Shown: positions 1-14,487, counted from the stretch's first letter. The stretch: DNA of 64,000 nucleotides from Eledone cirrhosa (GCA_964016885.1 OZ024760.1:558001-622000); one strand, 5' to 3'. A program made the numbers and translations. The notes: generated from the letters alone by a model not told the origin.

Positions 1-452
1 CACAACATCACCATCACCACCATATCACTATATATATATCTATATCTTTACCTCTACAATCCGATCCAGTCTCAGTACATTGTGACGTTGTGTTTCTCTT
101 ACAATTGTCCAAGCATGCAGAAAAGAATGTGGCAAGGTTTTGACTCTAAAGCAAACAACACTAAGAGATAATACTTTAAAGAAGGAACCTGCTCCAATGA
201 GCGCATCATTGCACTCGCTTCCGCATGGATATAACCTACAGCTTGTTGCTTGTTGTTCTTATGTCTTCTGTGATTGTGTTTAGCTATCGCTGTTGTTGTT
301 ATTTTGGTGGTGGCGGCGGCGGTGTTGTTGTTATTATTGTTGTTGTTGTTGATTCTGCTGGTGTTGTTGTTGTTGTTGTTGTTGTTGATGTAGCTGTTGT
401 TGTTAACATCATATTATTATTGTTGTTAGTGTTGCTACTGCTAGTGCTGCTT

Positions 453-511
<59 letters not shown>

Positions 512-625
512 GTTACTGTTATACTACATACAGATATGAATGTATGTATGTTTGTATGTATGCGTGTATGTGTTTGTATACATGTATATTTGTATGTACA
601 TTCACACACACAAATATACATACAT

Positions 626-665
<40 letters not shown>

Positions 666-704
666 TATACATTATATATATTATACATATGTATATATAT
701 ATAT

Positions 705-771
705 ATTAAAATAACAGATTAATGTTTAAGCAAAGAATCGCTGCTTTCACCCCTAACGGGATCTTCTGAAA
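705..771 (-). repeat. Short (TA)n-anchored dispersed repeat (copies at ~1625-1691, 28719-28775, 34415-34470, 63734-63800)
   Basis: Near-identical 65-bp sequence attaaaataacagattaaagtttaagcaaagaatcgctgctttcacccttaacgggatcttctgaaa recurs five times, usually next to (TA)n. Confidence 0.75.
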
Positions 772-878
772 CACATAATACATATATATACATATATATA
801 TATGTACATATATATATAATTATATATATACATATATATATATATTTATATATATATACATATATATATATATTTATA

Positions 879-923
<45 letters not shown>

Positions 924-998
924 GTACATATATATATAATTATATATATACATATATATATATATTTATATATATATACATATATATATATATTTATA

Positions 999-1061
<63 letters not shown>

Positions 1062-1099
1062 GTACATATATATATTTACATATATATATACATATATAC

Positions 1100-1130
<31 letters not shown>

Positions 1131-1457
1131 CATATATATATGTATATATATACATATATATATATATATATGTATATATGTATATATATATATATATGTC
1201 TTTAAATCTTCTTTATTCGTTCCAACCTATTTGGAGACATAAAAAAACAAACAAACAAATAACAAATAATAAAAACAAAAAGGTAAACAAACAAAAACAT
1301 TATATAGAGATATTTCTCTGTTTACATAACATCTCTTAATCGAGATTTGAACTCTGGATGCAAATAGCCAGAATAAATACCGCAAGGTATTTTGATCGCT
1401 ACTCTAACATTATCACCAACCCGTTGTTGTGACTGGCATTTTATTTATTAGATATAG

Positions 1458-1577
1458 GGATGGCGTGTGGCTGAGTGGTTAGAGAATTGGATTCGCAATC
1501 GTGAGGTTGTGAGTTCCATTCCCGGACCAGGCGATGCGTTATGTTCTTGAGCAAGACACTTTATTTCACGTTGTTCC
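1458..1577 (+). mobile_element. tRNA-derived SINE head fragment
   Basis: A box TGGCTGAGTGG, B box GAGTTCCATTCC, followed by a core-like GTTCTTGAGCAAGACACTTTATTTCAC. Confidence 0.7.
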
Positions 1578-1590
1578 TTCTACTTGGAGC

Positions 1591-1626
<36 letters not shown>

Positions 1627-1903
1627 TAAAATAACAGATTAAAGTTTAAGCAAAGAATCGCTGCTTTCACTCTTAACGGGATCTTCTGAAATATTTATCC
1701 TTATCGAGCCCTCTTTGGATTTTAGTCTTCAAATTTATTATTATTACTATATATATATATATATATATTTTATATATATATATATATATTTATATATAGG
1801 AACAAGTATGACCCCGACGGCAGAGCTCAAGCCGTTTCGACGGATATTTCTGGACTCCAGAAATATATATATTTATTTATATATATATATATATTTATTT
1901 ATT

Positions 1904-1972
<69 letters not shown>

Positions 1973-1989
1973 ATATATATATTTAAATA

Positions 1990-2490
1990 TTTACTCTTGA
2001 TTGGCCAGAAGTGTTTTTTTCCAGGTACCTTATGAATTTGACTTTCCGTATTTATTACTGTTGTGAAATATTGTGGCTTTTTTTGGTTGTAACTTCTCTG
2101 TTTTTTAGCCTAAGAAAATATATATATATGCCTACGTATATAATTACATGCATATACTTATTTATTTTCTTTTATTAATTGAGTTCTTTACACGAGGAAT
2201 TAATATTGGTTTTGAAATAACTAATTAACCCGCGTGTGTTTTATATTTTACTCTTAATTCGGCCGGAGAATTATATTCCCATTTGCCCTTTATAGCATAA
2301 CTTTCTGCATTTACTGCGGTTATAAGAAGCGGCTCTTATTCGGGTACAACTTCTGATTTAGCCTAAGAAAATATCTATATGCGTGTGTAATTTATACAAG
2401 CATATATTTATTTTTTTATTTTCAATTGAGTTCTTAAACACGTTGGATTGATAATGTTTTCAAAAAAACTAATTAACCCGCGTGTATATT
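1990..2490. repeat. Diverged tandem duplication of ~255 bp
   Basis: Both halves share ttactctt, ttagcctaagaaaatat, aattgagttctt and aactaattaacccgcgtgt in the same order. Confidence 0.6.
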
Positions 2491-3081
2491 ATTTTTTTTC
2501 CTCATTTCGTGGATCGTGGGTTGTCTCCCCTTCCCGCTTCGTGTCGCTATGATACTTCCTCAGCCCAAAACTGCTGGAATTTCAAATTTGGCGGTCATTC
2601 GAGGCGAGAGAGAGTAACTTTATGGACACGACTTTTGACAGCGGTAAGAAATTATTTTCTTATATCAAAGTTTAACGGGCTTCCACTGATGATTTATAAG
2701 TACCCACCTAAATATATTCTTACATGAATATATATTAGGCTTCTACATAAACTGGAAACATTCTCCCAACTTGTAGAAAACTTATAATGAAACAATTGTT
2801 TGGAAAGAGATATACTTTAACTTTAATTATATCTCATAAAATAATACAAATGGTTTTTCCACATTATACATATTGTTAGCACCCCAAACACTAAAATTGG
2901 GTTTATATTTAAATATAACCTAATGTTGTTGAGTGAGATGGTTACCAGTCAGAGTTTAGTTTTAAACTATCTCTGTTATTGTATTAAATTATATATATTT
3001 ATATATATATTTATATATATTTCAGTTTAGTAGTCAGTTACAAATATTAAGCTCTAAGAAAATACTTCTGAGCATTACATT

Positions 3082-3244
3082 ATAGTTTAAAAAATAATTA
3101 AAAAAAATATATGATCAACACTACTGTGTTTTTTTTGCAAAATGACAATAATGACAAAAAAAAAAAAAAAAATTATTGTCATTTTGCAAAAAAAAAACAC
3201 AGTAGTGTTGATCATATATTTTTTTAAATTATTTTTAAAACTAT
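3082..3244. repeat. Fold-back inverted repeat (~70-bp arms) next to (TA)n
   Basis: atatatgatcaacactactgtgtttt...gcaaaatgacaataat mirrored by attattgtcattttgc...acacagtagtgttgatcatatat. Confidence 0.8.
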
Positions 3245-3259
3245 TTATATATATATATT

Positions 3260-3296
<37 letters not shown>

Positions 3297-3331
3297 ATTT
3301 ATATATATATATATATTTATATATACATATT

Positions 3332-3433
<102 letters not shown>

Positions 3434-3452
3434 TAATATATTTATTTATATA

Positions 3453-3520
<68 letters not shown>

Positions 3521-3740
3521 CGGGGTAACAAATAATAGTTATATGCAGTCCACTTAGGTGTAGTCCAGTTATGGTATTCCGGGTAGTGGACCTACCAGTT
3601 CAGAGAAACAATTGTCAGCAATGAAATTAAAAACCTTTTTTGTATAGCAAACCATGTCAACCTTCTTTCCTGATATATTTATATATATATTTATATATAT
3701 ATATATAAATATTTATATATATATATATATATATATAAAT

Positions 3741-3785
<45 letters not shown>

Positions 3786-3811
3786 TATATATAAATATAT
3801 ATATATATATT

Positions 3812-3891
<80 letters not shown>

Positions 3892-3986
3892 TATATATAT
3901 ATAAATAAATATATATATATTTATATTTATATTTATTTAAAACTGCACTATCCACAAGTGTTTTTAACCTTCATATCATGTCCTCC

Positions 3987-4057
3987 TATTTTATCTGATG
4001 AAAACACAAATGTTATTGCATGATGATATTTGTTTTTGAAATGCGCATAATAAAATA
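3987..4057 (+). ncRNA. Type I hammerhead ribozyme (minimal, palindromic stem III)
   Basis: tattttat-CTGATGA-[acaaatgttat/atgatatttgt stem II]-GAAA-TGCGCA-TA-ataaaata; perfect 8-bp stem I. Confidence 0.85.
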
Positions 4058-4087
4058 CGTGGAACTCATTTAACCATCTTTTGATCT

Positions 4088-4156
<69 letters not shown>

Positions 4157-4473
4157 AGACACAGCCAGATATTTGAGGGGTTTATGAGGGGTATAATGGA
4201 TCTATATCTACACTGGTATCTATCTCTACCTCAGTGTTTGGAAAGGTACTTTAGTATATCGACCCCGGAAGGATGAAAAAGGAAATATGATGACAGTGTG
4301 TTAAGGGAAGGTTTACAGAACGTAACTAAATAGCACATCTTTCCCCTTCGCTCTACCGATTCTTCCACCATCCAACAGTTTCTGTGTACAGTTGTGTAGA
4401 AAACAGGAAGTTCGTTTTAAAGTAGGAACACGCCGCCCACCCCCGGCCAGATGTTTACATCGCTAACTTGGAA

Positions 4474-4855
4474 TGTGGTGGTGGTGGTGGTGGTGGGTGT
4501 TTGTGGTGGTGTTGGTAGTCGTGGTGGTGGTGGTGTTGGTGGTGGTGGTGGGTGTTTGTGGTTGTGTTGGTAGTCGTGGTGGTGGTGGTGGTGGTGGTGG
4601 TGGTGGTGGGTGTTTGTGGTGGTGGTGGTGGTGGTGGGTGTTTGTGGTGGTGGTGGTGGTGGGTGTTTGTGATGGTGGTGGTGGTGGTGGGTGTTTGTGG
4701 TGGTGGGTGTTTGTGGTGGTGGTGGTGGTGGTGGTGGTGGTGATGGTGGTGGTGGTGGTGGGTGTTTGTGGTGGTGTTGGTAGTCGTGGTGGTGGTGGTG
4801 TTGGTGGTGGTGGTGGGTGTTTGTGGTTGTGTTGGTAGTCGTGGTGGTGGTGGTC
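4474..4855. repeat. (GGT)n/GGGTGTTTGT low-complexity array
   Basis: Direct inspection. Confidence 0.9.
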
Positions 4856-4922
4856 ATTTTAGGGACTATTGCATATACATCCATGCGTACACACACATGT
4901 ATACATGTATATATATTTATTC

Positions 4923-4954
<32 letters not shown>

Positions 4955-5048
4955 TTACATATATATACACACATATATATGTTCATACATATATACATAT
5001 ATATATATATACATATTTACATACCCACACATATATATTCATATATAC

Positions 5049-5110
<62 letters not shown>

Positions 5111-5149
5111 TTATACACACACACAAACACACATATATCTATATATATT

Positions 5150-5745
5150 ACCAACACACCGCTACACCAACACACCGCTACACCAACACACCACTACACC
5201 AACACACCATCACACCACTACACCACCACACCACCACACCACTACACCAACACACCAACACACATCTACACCACTACACCACAACACCACTACACCACCA
5301 CACCACCACACCACTACACCAACTACACCACTACACCAACACACCACTACACCAACACACCTCTACACCACTACGCCAACACACCAACACACCACAACAC
5401 CACTACACCAACACACCAACACACCTCTACACCACTACACCACAACACCACTACACCACCACACCACCACACCACTACACCAACTACACCACTACACCAA
5501 CACGCACACCACTACACCAACACACCTCTACACCACTACGCCAACACACCAACACACCACAACACCACTACACCAACACACCAACACACATCTACACCAC
5601 TACACCACAACACCACTACACCAACTACACCACTACACCAACACACCACTACACCACTACACCAACACACCACTACACCAACACACCTCTCCACCACTAC
5701 ACCAACACACCAACACACCACAACACCACTACACCAACACACCAT
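5150..5745. repeat. ACACCACT/ACACCAAC octamer-based satellite
   Basis: Degenerate 8-mer tandem array. Confidence 0.85.
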
Positions 5746-6005
5746 ATAGATATACATGTACATATGAATATATATATGTATGTATACACACACACATATA
5801 TATATATATATATACATGTATATATATGAATATATATATGTATGTGTACATACATACATGGCTTTGTGGTCATGGAGTTCGTTGCGTAAACACGTGGTTT
5901 CGGGTTCACCCCCCCTCTACATACATACATACATACATACATACATACACACATACATACATACATACATACATACACACATACATACATACACACATAC
6001 ATACA

Positions 6006-6613
6006 TGGTGGCTGCCAACTCGTTTTCGAGTACGGCCACTACTTTATATCCATGTAGGAGAACTCCTACCAATGCGCTGAACGAGTGTGACTTTTTAGTC
6101 CAGCCAGCGACTTGAAAACTCTGGTACAAACACTACACTTGTGACAATTATTGATACATAGTGCTGGGCCCATGGTACCATGTGAGGACAAGTGCAGAGA
6201 GATCTCCAGATATAAAGCAATGCCTGTGCCGTGAAGCTTTTATAGTGAGCAAAGGCACTGCACAAAGCCAGTCCCACTCTCTTAACCAAGATGATATTTA
6301 CCAAAAAGAAGAACAAGTCAACATCATTGGATACCATCAGAGTTGCAGGTGTTATATCAGAGTTTTCCTTCTCTAAGAATTCTGCCTTGACAAAGGCTAA
6401 GGGGTCATCTCTCCCGGTGATTTTGGATGGCCATTGACTCTTAAGAGCTCCTTTGCCCTTTGACAGGTTTTGTTTTTAGTCCTGCAGGATGTCCAAAGTC
6501 ACCCTCCTCACCAAGAAACCTTGGTGGGGTTGCCAGTTTAGTCGCCAACGACCCGACCATGAGACAGGTTGTACTGGGATACATGTTACCAGTAGCACCA
6601 ACTGGTGACCTGA
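6006..6613 (-). mobile_element. ~610-bp non-autonomous element, probably RTE-derived, copy 1
   Basis: Same ends as copies at 51358 and 62965; minus strand carries TCT(T/A)AGAGAAGGAAAACTCTGA, resembling the RTE-clade 5'UTR motif; flanked by (TACA)n. Confidence 0.7.
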
Positions 6614-6740
6614 CAACATACATACATGCATACATACACACACACACATACATACATACATACATACATACATACATACATACATACATACATACATACA
6701 TACATACATACATACATACACACATACATACACACATATA

Positions 6741-8651
6741 TACAAAAAGCATTTGATAGTGTACCTCATGGGTGGATTATTAAGGCTTTACAGTTACCTA
6801 AGTCCCACAAACATTGGTAGCTGCTGTTGAACGCCTGACCAAGAACTGGTACACCAATTTGATCCTTAGAGGTGAGAAGGAGCAGGTTAAGACTGATAAG
6901 ATACATTACCAGAAGGGCATCTTTCAGGGTGATAGCTTGTCAGTGCTACTCTTCGTTCTCTCACTGAATCCACTATCTTACCTACTCAGGAAACAAGGTG
7001 GACAAAGAAGTGGGCCCAGAAGTATCTCCCATCTTTTCTTTGTTGATGACCTGAAGTTGTATGGGCCAAATATCAATGACATCAAGAAACAATTGGACCT
7101 CATTACACAATTTTCAACCGACATCAAAATGAAATTTGGTGAGTCCAAGTGTGCATATTTGGCAGTAAAACGTGGAAGAGCTGTGCCCTCCTCTAGAAAT
7201 CTAGAGATGAACGACCTGACAATACAACCTCTGCAGTCAGGTGACAACTACAGATATCTTGGACAGGATGAGAATGTCAGATATGATGGACCCATAAATA
7301 AGGAGAGAACCAGAACTGAATACCTCAGAAGAGTAAAGAAAATATGGTCATCAGAACTGTCAGCATACAACAAATACATTGCCCACAATACTTATGCTGT
7401 GCCAATTCTAACGCCAACATTTGGCCTACTGAACTGGTCATTGCAAGAACTAAGTGAGATGGATGTTAGAACTCGAAAACTTCTCAGTGTTACTCGGAAC
7501 TTTAACATCAATGGTGATGTGGATAGGCTATACTTCTCACGCAAGGAAGGTGGCCGGGGTCTAAAATCAATATTAACAACATATGACACCCGGATAGTAA
7601 CACTGAAGCAACACCTTCAACAGAGGGAAAAGGTTGACAACCATCTTGCCCAGGTTTATGACCATGAAAAAAGAAATATCATTAGAATAGCGACTGATCT
7701 GGAGGAGAGATATGGAATAAAGCCTGATATAAATCTCTCACCCAGAGAAATCGGAAGATCCTATTCAATGTTCAAACAAGATTAAAAAAATTGACCAATT
7801 TACAGAAAAAGTTGTGCATGGATACTTGAGGCGTAAAACACAGACCATAGAGGGGATAAACCACTAAAAAAGCCTGGCATGGAGTTCCGACAAGTTTATG
7901 ACATCACACCTTGAGGGATATCTCTATGCAATACAGGAACAAGAACTCCCTACCAAATATCTGCTGCACAAAAGAGGAGGGCCAGCAGCTGACAATAAAT
8001 GTAAGCTATGTAAAACAAAGATCGAGGATGTAAGCCACATTGTTGCCAGCTGCGAAAGAATGTCATCTCGCAACTACCTCCCCATGAGACACGATGGGAT
8101 AGCTAGAACCATCTGGAACGCACTTCGGAAAACAAAATTAACAACAAACGAGGAGAATATATTGAGACAGATGGCACTAAGGAATACTGGTGGAACCTGA
8201 AAATAAAAACTGCCACCAAATTAAAGCACAACCGGCCTGATATTGTAGTTAGGGACCACACATTGAAAACGTGTTCTGTTGTGGAGATCAGCTACCCACT
8301 TGTGTAAACGTTGTCAGAAAAATACAGGAGAAGGAGGACATCTACGGACCATTGATGAGGAGTTTACAAATCCAGTATCCAAGATACACCTTTAGCTTCA
8401 TACCCATCATTATTGGTGCTACGGGTTATATACCAACCCGCTTGGACCAAAGTATGACCGAACTTGGATTTGCGGACAAAAAGCGCAGCTCCCTAATTCA
8501 TAGTCTACAAATGGCTGCGATAGCTGGCACCTTCAAAATATGCAAAACATTCTTGCGATTCAAGGGATGACAATTTCTTTTCTTTTACAACCTTGCCACC
8601 AGGAAGGTGGCCGGTCAAAAAAATATACTCGAAATTAAGAGAAAGAGAAAA
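6741..8651 (+). mobile_element. 5'-truncated, frameshifted R4/Dong-like non-LTR retrotransposon (RT + CCHC + REL endonuclease)
   Basis: QKAFDSVPH, GIFQGDSLS, FFVDDLKLY, YRYLG, CKLC..HIVASC, RHD, NRPDIVV..VEIS; (TACA)n on both sides. Confidence 0.85.
6814..7785 (+). pseudogene. RT domain segment of the R4/Dong-like element
   Basis: RT motifs 4-7 and thumb; broken by frameshifts/stops near 6800, 7785, 8200 and 8290. Confidence 0.85.
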
Positions 8652-8927
8652 CATACATACATACATACATACATACATACATACATACATACACACATAC
8701 ATACATACACACATACATACATACATACATACATACACACATACATACATACATACATACATATATACATACATACATACATACATACACACATACATAC
8801 ACACATACATACACACATACATAACATTACCCCAGTCAACCAATGTTAATTCTAAAAACCAGATAGGGTTTCAAGCCTGCACTACATCACAGAGGAATCC
8901 AATGGATGATTTCATTCATAAACAAGC

Positions 8928-11235
8928 ACCACACCACCACACCACCACACCACCACACCACCACACCACCACACCACCACACAACCACACCACTACACCA
9001 CCACACCACCACACCACCACACAACCACACCACCACACCACCACACCACTACACCACCACACCACCACACCACACCACCACACCACCACCCCACCCCACC
9101 ACTACACCACCATACCACCACACAACCACACCACCACACCACCACACCACTACACCACCACACCACCCCACCACACCACCACACCACCACACCACCACAC
9201 CATCCCACCACTACACCACTACACCAACACACCACTACACCACTACACCACCACACCACCACACCACCACACCACCACAGCACTACACCACCACACCACT
9301 ACACCACTACACCACTACACCACCACACCACCACACCACCACACCACTACACCACCACACCACTACACCACTACACCACTACACCACTACACCACTACAC
9401 CACTACACCACCACACCACCACACCACCACACCACTACACCACCACACCACTACACCACTACACCACTACACCACCACACCACCACACCACTACACCACC
9501 ACACCACCACACCACTACACCACTACACCACTACACCACTACACCACCACACCACCACACCACCACACCACTACACCACCACACCACTACACCACTACAC
9601 CACTACACCACCACACCACCACACCACCACACCACCACACCACTACACCACCACACCACTACACCACTACACCACCACACCACCACACCACCACACCACT
9701 ACACCACCACACCACTACACCACTACACCACTACACCAACACACCATCATACCAACACACCAATACACCAACAGACCAACACACCAACACACCAACACAC
9801 CAACACACCAACACACCAACAGGCCAACACACCAACACACCACCACACCACTACACCACCACACCACTACACCACTACACCACTACACCACTACACCACC
9901 ACACCACCACACCACTACACCACCACACCACTACACCACTACACCACTACACCACTACACCACCACACCACTACACCACCACACCACTACACCACTACAC
10001 CACTACACCACCACACCACTACACCACCACACCACTACACCACTACACCACTACACCACTACACCACTACACGAGCACACCACTACACCACCACACCACT
10101 ACACCACCACACCACTACACCACTACACCACTACACCACTACACCACTACACGAGCACACCACTACACCACTACACCACTACACCACCACACCTCTACAC
10201 CACCACACCACTACACCACCACACCACCACACCACCACACCACTACACCACCACACCACTACACCACTACACCACCACACCACTACACCACCACAACACC
10301 ACACCACCACTACACCAACACACCATCACGCCAACACACCAACACACCACTACACCACTACACCACTACACCAACACACCAACACACCACTACACCAACA
10401 CACCACTACACCAACACACCATCACACCAATGCACCAACAGACCAACAGACCAACACACCAACACACCAACACACCAACACACCAACAGGCCAACACACC
10501 AACACGCCATCACACCAACACACCACTACACCACCACACCACTATACCACTACACCACTACACCAACACACCATCACACCAACACACCAACACACCACTA
10601 CACCACAACACCACTACACCAACACACCATCACACCAACACACCAAAACACCACTACACCACTACACCAACACACCACTACACCAACAGACCAACACACC
10701 AACACACCAACACACCAACAGGCCAACACACCAACACATCATGACACCACTACACCACTACACCAACACACCACTACACCACTACACCAACACACCATCA
10801 TACCAACACACCAATACACCAACAGACCAACACACCAACACACCAACACACCAACACACCAACACACCAACAGGCCAACACACCAACACACCACCACACC
10901 ACTACACCAATACACCACTATACCAACACAGCACTACACCAACACACCACCACACCAACACACCAACACACCACTACACCACTACACCAACACACCACTA
11001 TACCAACACAGCACTATACCAACACGCCAACAGAACACCACACCATCACACCAACACACCCCTACACCAACACACCACCACACCAACACACCACCACACC
11101 AACACACCACCACACCAATACACCACCACACAACCACACCACCACACCACCACACCAACACACCACCACACCAACACACCACCACACCACACCACTACAC
11201 CACACCAACACACCACCACACCACCACACCAACAA
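8928..11235. repeat. 2.3-kb ACACCAC(C/T)/ACACCAAC octamer satellite
   Basis: Tandem 8-mer variants; source of the spurious 953-aa and 612-aa His/Thr/Pro ORFs. Confidence 0.9.
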
Positions 11236-11319
11236 ACCAAAACATTAACATATTGCCGCCATTTTAAAATAGTAACTACGTTAAGAAAATCAGAACATAG
11301 AACTACATTCCCCCACATC

Positions 11320-11505
11320 AATAATTGTTTCTACTTTTGGCACAAGGCCAGCAATTACCAGTACATGACTGGTACTTTATTTTATCGATCCCGTAAGGAT
11401 GAAAGGCAAAGTCAACCTCGGCGGGATTTGAACTCAGTCCATAAAGAGACGTAACTCTGCTGTAAAGCATGGCGTCCGACTCTCTACCGATACCGCCAAT
11501 TCACA
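11320..11505 (-). mobile_element. tRNA-derived SINE with Meta-like central domain
   Basis: Minus strand: TGGCGGTATCGG A box, GAGTTCAAATCC B box, GAGGTTGACTTTGCCTTTCATCCTTACGGGATCGATAAAATAAAGTACCAG, AAT tail. Confidence 0.85.
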
Positions 11506-11825
11506 GCATCAATAACATCATCAGCCTAGCTGGTTATCCAGGGTCAATCAAACATAATATTCAGCACCCAACCGTTTTATGAGGCGGTTTACTTGTAAAC
11601 AAACTGAAAATTAATAACGTTATTATAATATTTTCATTAGGCACTCACGAATACATTTAGGTATTCACCATGTTAAGAGTGAAAACAAATTTTGATTTTA
11701 ATTATATTTATATATATATATCACACACACACACATATATATATATATACCCAGACAGCTTCCTAATTTAATGGTCGCTTATAATATGGTACGTCAAAAT
11801 TATTTATAAAACTGTTTATACATTG

Positions 11826-11891
11826 TATTTTGTCTGACGAAGGCATGCCATATTTTTAATATGGTATCCCTGAAATATGTATAATGAAATA
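11826..11891 (+). ncRNA. Type I hammerhead ribozyme in a small (TA)n-flanked element (~11760-12020)
   Basis: tattttgt-CTGACGA-[atgccatatt/aatatggtat stem II]-GAAA-TATGTA-TA-atgaaata. Confidence 0.8.
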
Positions 11892-12148
11892 AATGTGGTT
11901 TTATAAATATAGTTTCCATTTGTTTAATATCGTATATATACTCCAAAAACTAGTCGAGTGCTTTATATCAGTTATAAAATATTTACTTGTAACCCAACAA
12001 TTTTAAATAAAACCTTTGCATATATACGTATATATATATGTATATATATATGTATATATATGTATGTATATATGTATATATATATATATTGTTGGGGAGG
12101 GTCATATTTGTGTAATATTGCCAGAATTAATAACTAATTCATCGCCGC

Positions 12149-12183
<35 letters not shown>

Positions 12184-12317
12184 ATATATACGTATATATA
12201 TATATGTATATATATGTATATACGTATATATGTATATATATATATGTATATACGTATATATGTATATATATGTATATATATATATGTGTATATATACGTA
12301 TATATGATATATGTATA

Positions 12318-12382
<65 letters not shown>

Positions 12383-12634
12383 GTATTTATGTATATATGT
12401 GTATATATATGTATATATATGTATATATATATGTATATGTATATATATATATGTATATATATATGTATATATATATACATATATATATATGTATATGTAT
12501 ATATATATATATGTATATATACCACACTCCTCGAACAGATGTCCCAACTCCTCTCTCTTCTCCAGCGTCCGAATAGTCCATGGATCTCGGGAATTTTACC
12601 CGCCCTAGAGAGATATGTATATATATATATATAT

Positions 12635-12701
<67 letters not shown>

Positions 12702-12702
12702 T

Positions 12703-12764
<62 letters not shown>

Positions 12765-13005
12765 TTGCGAGGTTTTTTATATGAAATCGTGTGTCGAAAC
12801 AGATATTGTTATATTTGGGGAGGGTCATATTTGCGTAATATTGCCAGAATTAATAACAGAACACACTCACTGTTTGGTTGGTTTTCGCTTCTCGCTGTCT
12901 TTTATATATATATATCTGCGATCTAACTTACTCGGTCCTCAATGTTGCCATTGACTGACCGGCGGTCAAAAATAATACAGATACAATATAGACAAACACA
13001 TATAT

Positions 13006-13062
13006 ATATAGTTTACATAAATCTTTCGTTGCACATCTGCAACATCGTCAGTGGTGTTATAT
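13006..13062 (-). ncRNA. Hammerhead ribozyme motif (mirror copy in the palindrome)
   Basis: Reverse complement of 13191-13247. Confidence 0.65.
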
Positions 13063-13190
13063 TCATTGTTCCTCCTGTTGTGTTGTATGTCTACGCCATT
13101 TTTTTTTTTTTTTTTTTTTTTTTGTTCTCTGAGACTGAACAAAAAAAAAAAAAATGGCGTAGACATACAACACAACAGGAGGAACAATGA

Positions 13191-13247
13191 ATATAACACC
13201 ACTGACGATGTTGCAGATGTGCAACGAAAGATTTATGTAAACTATAT
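13191..13247 (+). ncRNA. Hammerhead ribozyme motif
   Basis: atataacacca-CTGACGA-t-gttgca/gatg/tgcaac-GAAA-GATT-TA-tgtaaactatat; perfect 6-bp stem II; stem I interrupted by an internal loop. Confidence 0.65.
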
Positions 13248-13442
13248 ATATATGTGTTTGTCTATATTGTATCTGTATTATTTTTGACCGCCGGTCAGTC
13301 AATGGCAACATTGAGGACCGAGTAAGTTAGATCGCAGATATATATATATAAAAGACAGCGAGAAGCGAAAACCAACCAAACAGTGAGTGTGTTCTGTTAT
13401 TAATTCTGGCAATATTACGCAAATATGACCCTCCCCAAATAT

Positions 13443-13485
<43 letters not shown>

Positions 13486-13566
13486 TATACATACATATAA
13501 AAACAAATAACGAAACGAAATTAAATTTCGTTTCATTTGTAACTCACTTTTGTATGACTGACGCTT

Positions 13567-13892
13567 AAACAATTAAGTTAAAGATGTACATCCATATATG
13601 TATACTGAAATACTAGTATGTATATGAATACACACACGTATACATATGTAGATGTACCAAGTTTTTTCACTGGTCACTTTACTGTGAGTGGCCAGCTATT
13701 CTGTATGTAAACACACAGACAAACCGGTTTTTAGAGTCATACTGGTTTTTGAGGAAACACCTTTCCTCTATTCTCCAGAAAGTGACCAGTGAAAAAACTT
13801 GGTACATCTACATATGTATACGTGTGTGTATTCATATACATACTAGTATTTCAGTATACATATATGGATGTACATCTTTAACTTAATTGTTT
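13567..13892. repeat. Inverted repeat with 114-bp arms and ~98-bp spacer
   Basis: aaacaattaagttaaagatg...actggtcacttt mirrored at 13779-13892. Confidence 0.88.
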
Positions 13893-13908
13893 ACATACAT
13901 ATATATAT

Positions 13909-13971
<63 letters not shown>

Positions 13972-14000
13972 AAAGAATAGAGGTGTAACACACAAGTTAT

Positions 14001-14487
14001 TATATATTGGTAAACGGAATAGAAAATGCTGACAAATTGTTCACAGTTGAAAAATGGTTTAATTAGGAATAAAAGAGTATTAGTGATTGTATGGGTTAGT
14101 ATTCAGTTGTGGTTTTAAGTTTTTAAGTTTTTACCGGTTGCGCATTTCTAAATGCTTTTCAAAAATAATTTTGAGATAGAGTGTCCGTGCTGTTTGCTCT
14201 GATCTGATTAGTTTTGGGAATTCTACCTGTTTTTATGTTAAAAAAATGGCTCCAGCGTTATTTTTGTGTTGCAAAAATGCTTGTGGTCAAAACAATTTTG
14301 ATTGGTCGGTAGAGGTCATGTGAATGTAAAAAGTTGATTTTGCGCCAAGACTGTTTTTATGTTAAAATGTTAGAAAAGTGGCTCCAGCAAAAATTATTGG
14401 TCAAAACAATTTTGATTGGTCGGTAGAGGTCATGTGGATAAAAAATTGGTTTTGCGCCAAGATTGAGAAATGACTCTTTCACAACAA

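Larger units (their letters stand above)
12803..13450. repeat. Near-perfect ~650-bp palindrome (two ~320-bp arms, 9-nt spacer) of a dispersed element
   Basis: Arms are reverse complements apart from polyT/A length; spacer tctgagact at 13128-13136; further copies at ~12090-12135 and 63813-64000. Confidence 0.92.

Noticed and set aside
102-237. Candidate minus-strand exon (AG..GTAAGA)
   Set aside because: Weak polypyrimidine tract, two open frames and no recognisable peptide
705-771. Minus-strand CAGAAGA-tccc/ggg-t-GAAA as an active hammerhead
   Set aside because: The core has A in place of U in every copy that retains it, and no UH cleavage site follows
8593-11454. 953-aa and 612-aa His/Thr/Pro-rich ORFs
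   Set aside because: Translation of an 8-bp satellite that lacks stops; open in several frames; not a gene
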